From Spironucleus salmonicida (taxonomy: Eukaryota), in contig NC_090604.1 of assembly GCF_000497125.1 (NCBI RefSeq), forward strand, positions 124,001 through 188,000: 64,000 nucleotides of DNA. The letters run 5' to 3'. The stretch's first letter is position 1, and the number at the start of each line of letters is the position of its first letter. Positions 63,354 through 64,000 of the stretch are shown here, in pieces. Under the pieces are notes generated by a model that was not told the DNA's origin, made no database searches, and worked only from the letters and a program-made list of their open reading frames with translations. Position numbers and translations under genes: made by a program.

Positions 63354-63469
63354 ATTCGGCACAGCTCTTTCCCTCGTAGTCTCCCAGCGAAGTACTCAAT
63401 ACTGCCAGGTCAGGCTTCACTTCACAATTTGGAACAAGATGTGGTGTTTAACTGACTGTATGACCGAAT
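63354..63469 (-). rRNA. 5S rRNA copy 12
   Basis: Identical to copy 1. Confidence 0.92.
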
Positions 63470-63902
63470 CGAGAGTACTGGGACGGCCGGAAAGAAGGGG
63501 CGCCTCGCGCTGTTACTTTGCGACGCTTCCCGTGAGGCGCTAGCTCGAAGTGGGCCACGAGATGCTTCAGCTACCGCCCTGGGAAGCCAAGGTGAAAGTG
63601 CGTGGCTAAAGGTTGGGACGTACCAAGCCACTACGAAGTGGGAGTGAGACAGCATACTTAGGGGAGGCGCTGTGAAGGCAGATGACGGAGAAGTGACGGC
63701 TGCCCTTTCTAGCGTTTGGTTAGCTTGGGTGCATAGCCTCTGCTGGTAGATTTTGTTATAGGTGCAGTTAGTAAAAGCTAATGCTAGGGCTAGGCAATTA
63801 ATAGAATAAATACTGCCGAAACGTATAAATAAATCATTAGCATAGCTTATCAGCCAGCTAGAGTGGAGGGACGTGAGGGCGCTATAAATCAAGTAGGGTC
63901 AC

Positions 63903-64000
63903 TCAGATCTCATTCCTCTGCACGAGGGGGAGCTCGGTGTGCATTCTCTGCTTCCTGCTGCGCACGGCGAAGGCCACGACACCGATGACCGCGGTCAGGG
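63903..64000 (-). CDS. CRMP array copy 6 (3' end only, cut by window edge)
   Basis: Same TM/tail-coding sequence and TGA at 63903-63905. Confidence 0.88.
   Translation of the reverse strand, partial: LTAVIGVVAFAVRSRKQRMHTELPLVQRNEI

Larger units (their letters stand above)
52181..64000. repeat. GC-rich tandem array: unit = CRMP gene + n x 213-bp 5S rDNA cassette (1750 + 213n bp); runs off the window end
   Basis: CRMP stop-to-stop spacings are 2389, 1963, 2176, 2176 and 2176, i.e. 3, 1, 2, 2 and 2 cassettes. Units are nearly identical. Confidence 0.97.

Noticed and set aside
52181-63480. 213-bp repeats as a CRISPR array, or as coding repeats (plus-strand 105-240 aa ORFs MERSWIALG..., minus-strand MKPDLAVL...)
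   Set aside because: There are no unique spacers or cas genes, and the context is eukaryotic. The unit folds as 5S rRNA, and the ORFs stay open only because 213 is a multiple of 3.

Overview
Eukaryotic, intron-poor, AT-rich genomic DNA using the hexamitid diplomonad code (TAA/TAG = Gln, TGA the only stop), most consistent with Spironucleus (probably S. salmonicida; this is an inference). The supplied standard-code ORF track is therefore fragmented, and I re-read genes in the TAR=Gln code. Positions 1-52 kb hold the 3' 6 kb of an axonemal dynein heavy chain, a cysteine-rich membrane protein (CRMP), three sugar-porter MFS paralogs (one a 5'-damaged inverted copy), proteasome beta-2, a membrane-anchored papain-family protease, a divergent beta-tubulin, a ~2815-aa protein with near-identical 117-aa repeats, a ZIP transporter, a large IQ-motif protein, a microtubule-inner-protein candidate, Vps26, an HPS-type DnaJ and several hypothetical proteins. 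From 52181 to the window end is a GC-rich tandem array in which each unit carries one CRMP surface-protein gene plus 1-3 copies of a 213-bp cassette. That cassette reads, on the minus strand, as a 5S rRNA gene (12 copies). This 5S rDNA-surface antigen array is the most notable structure in the window.
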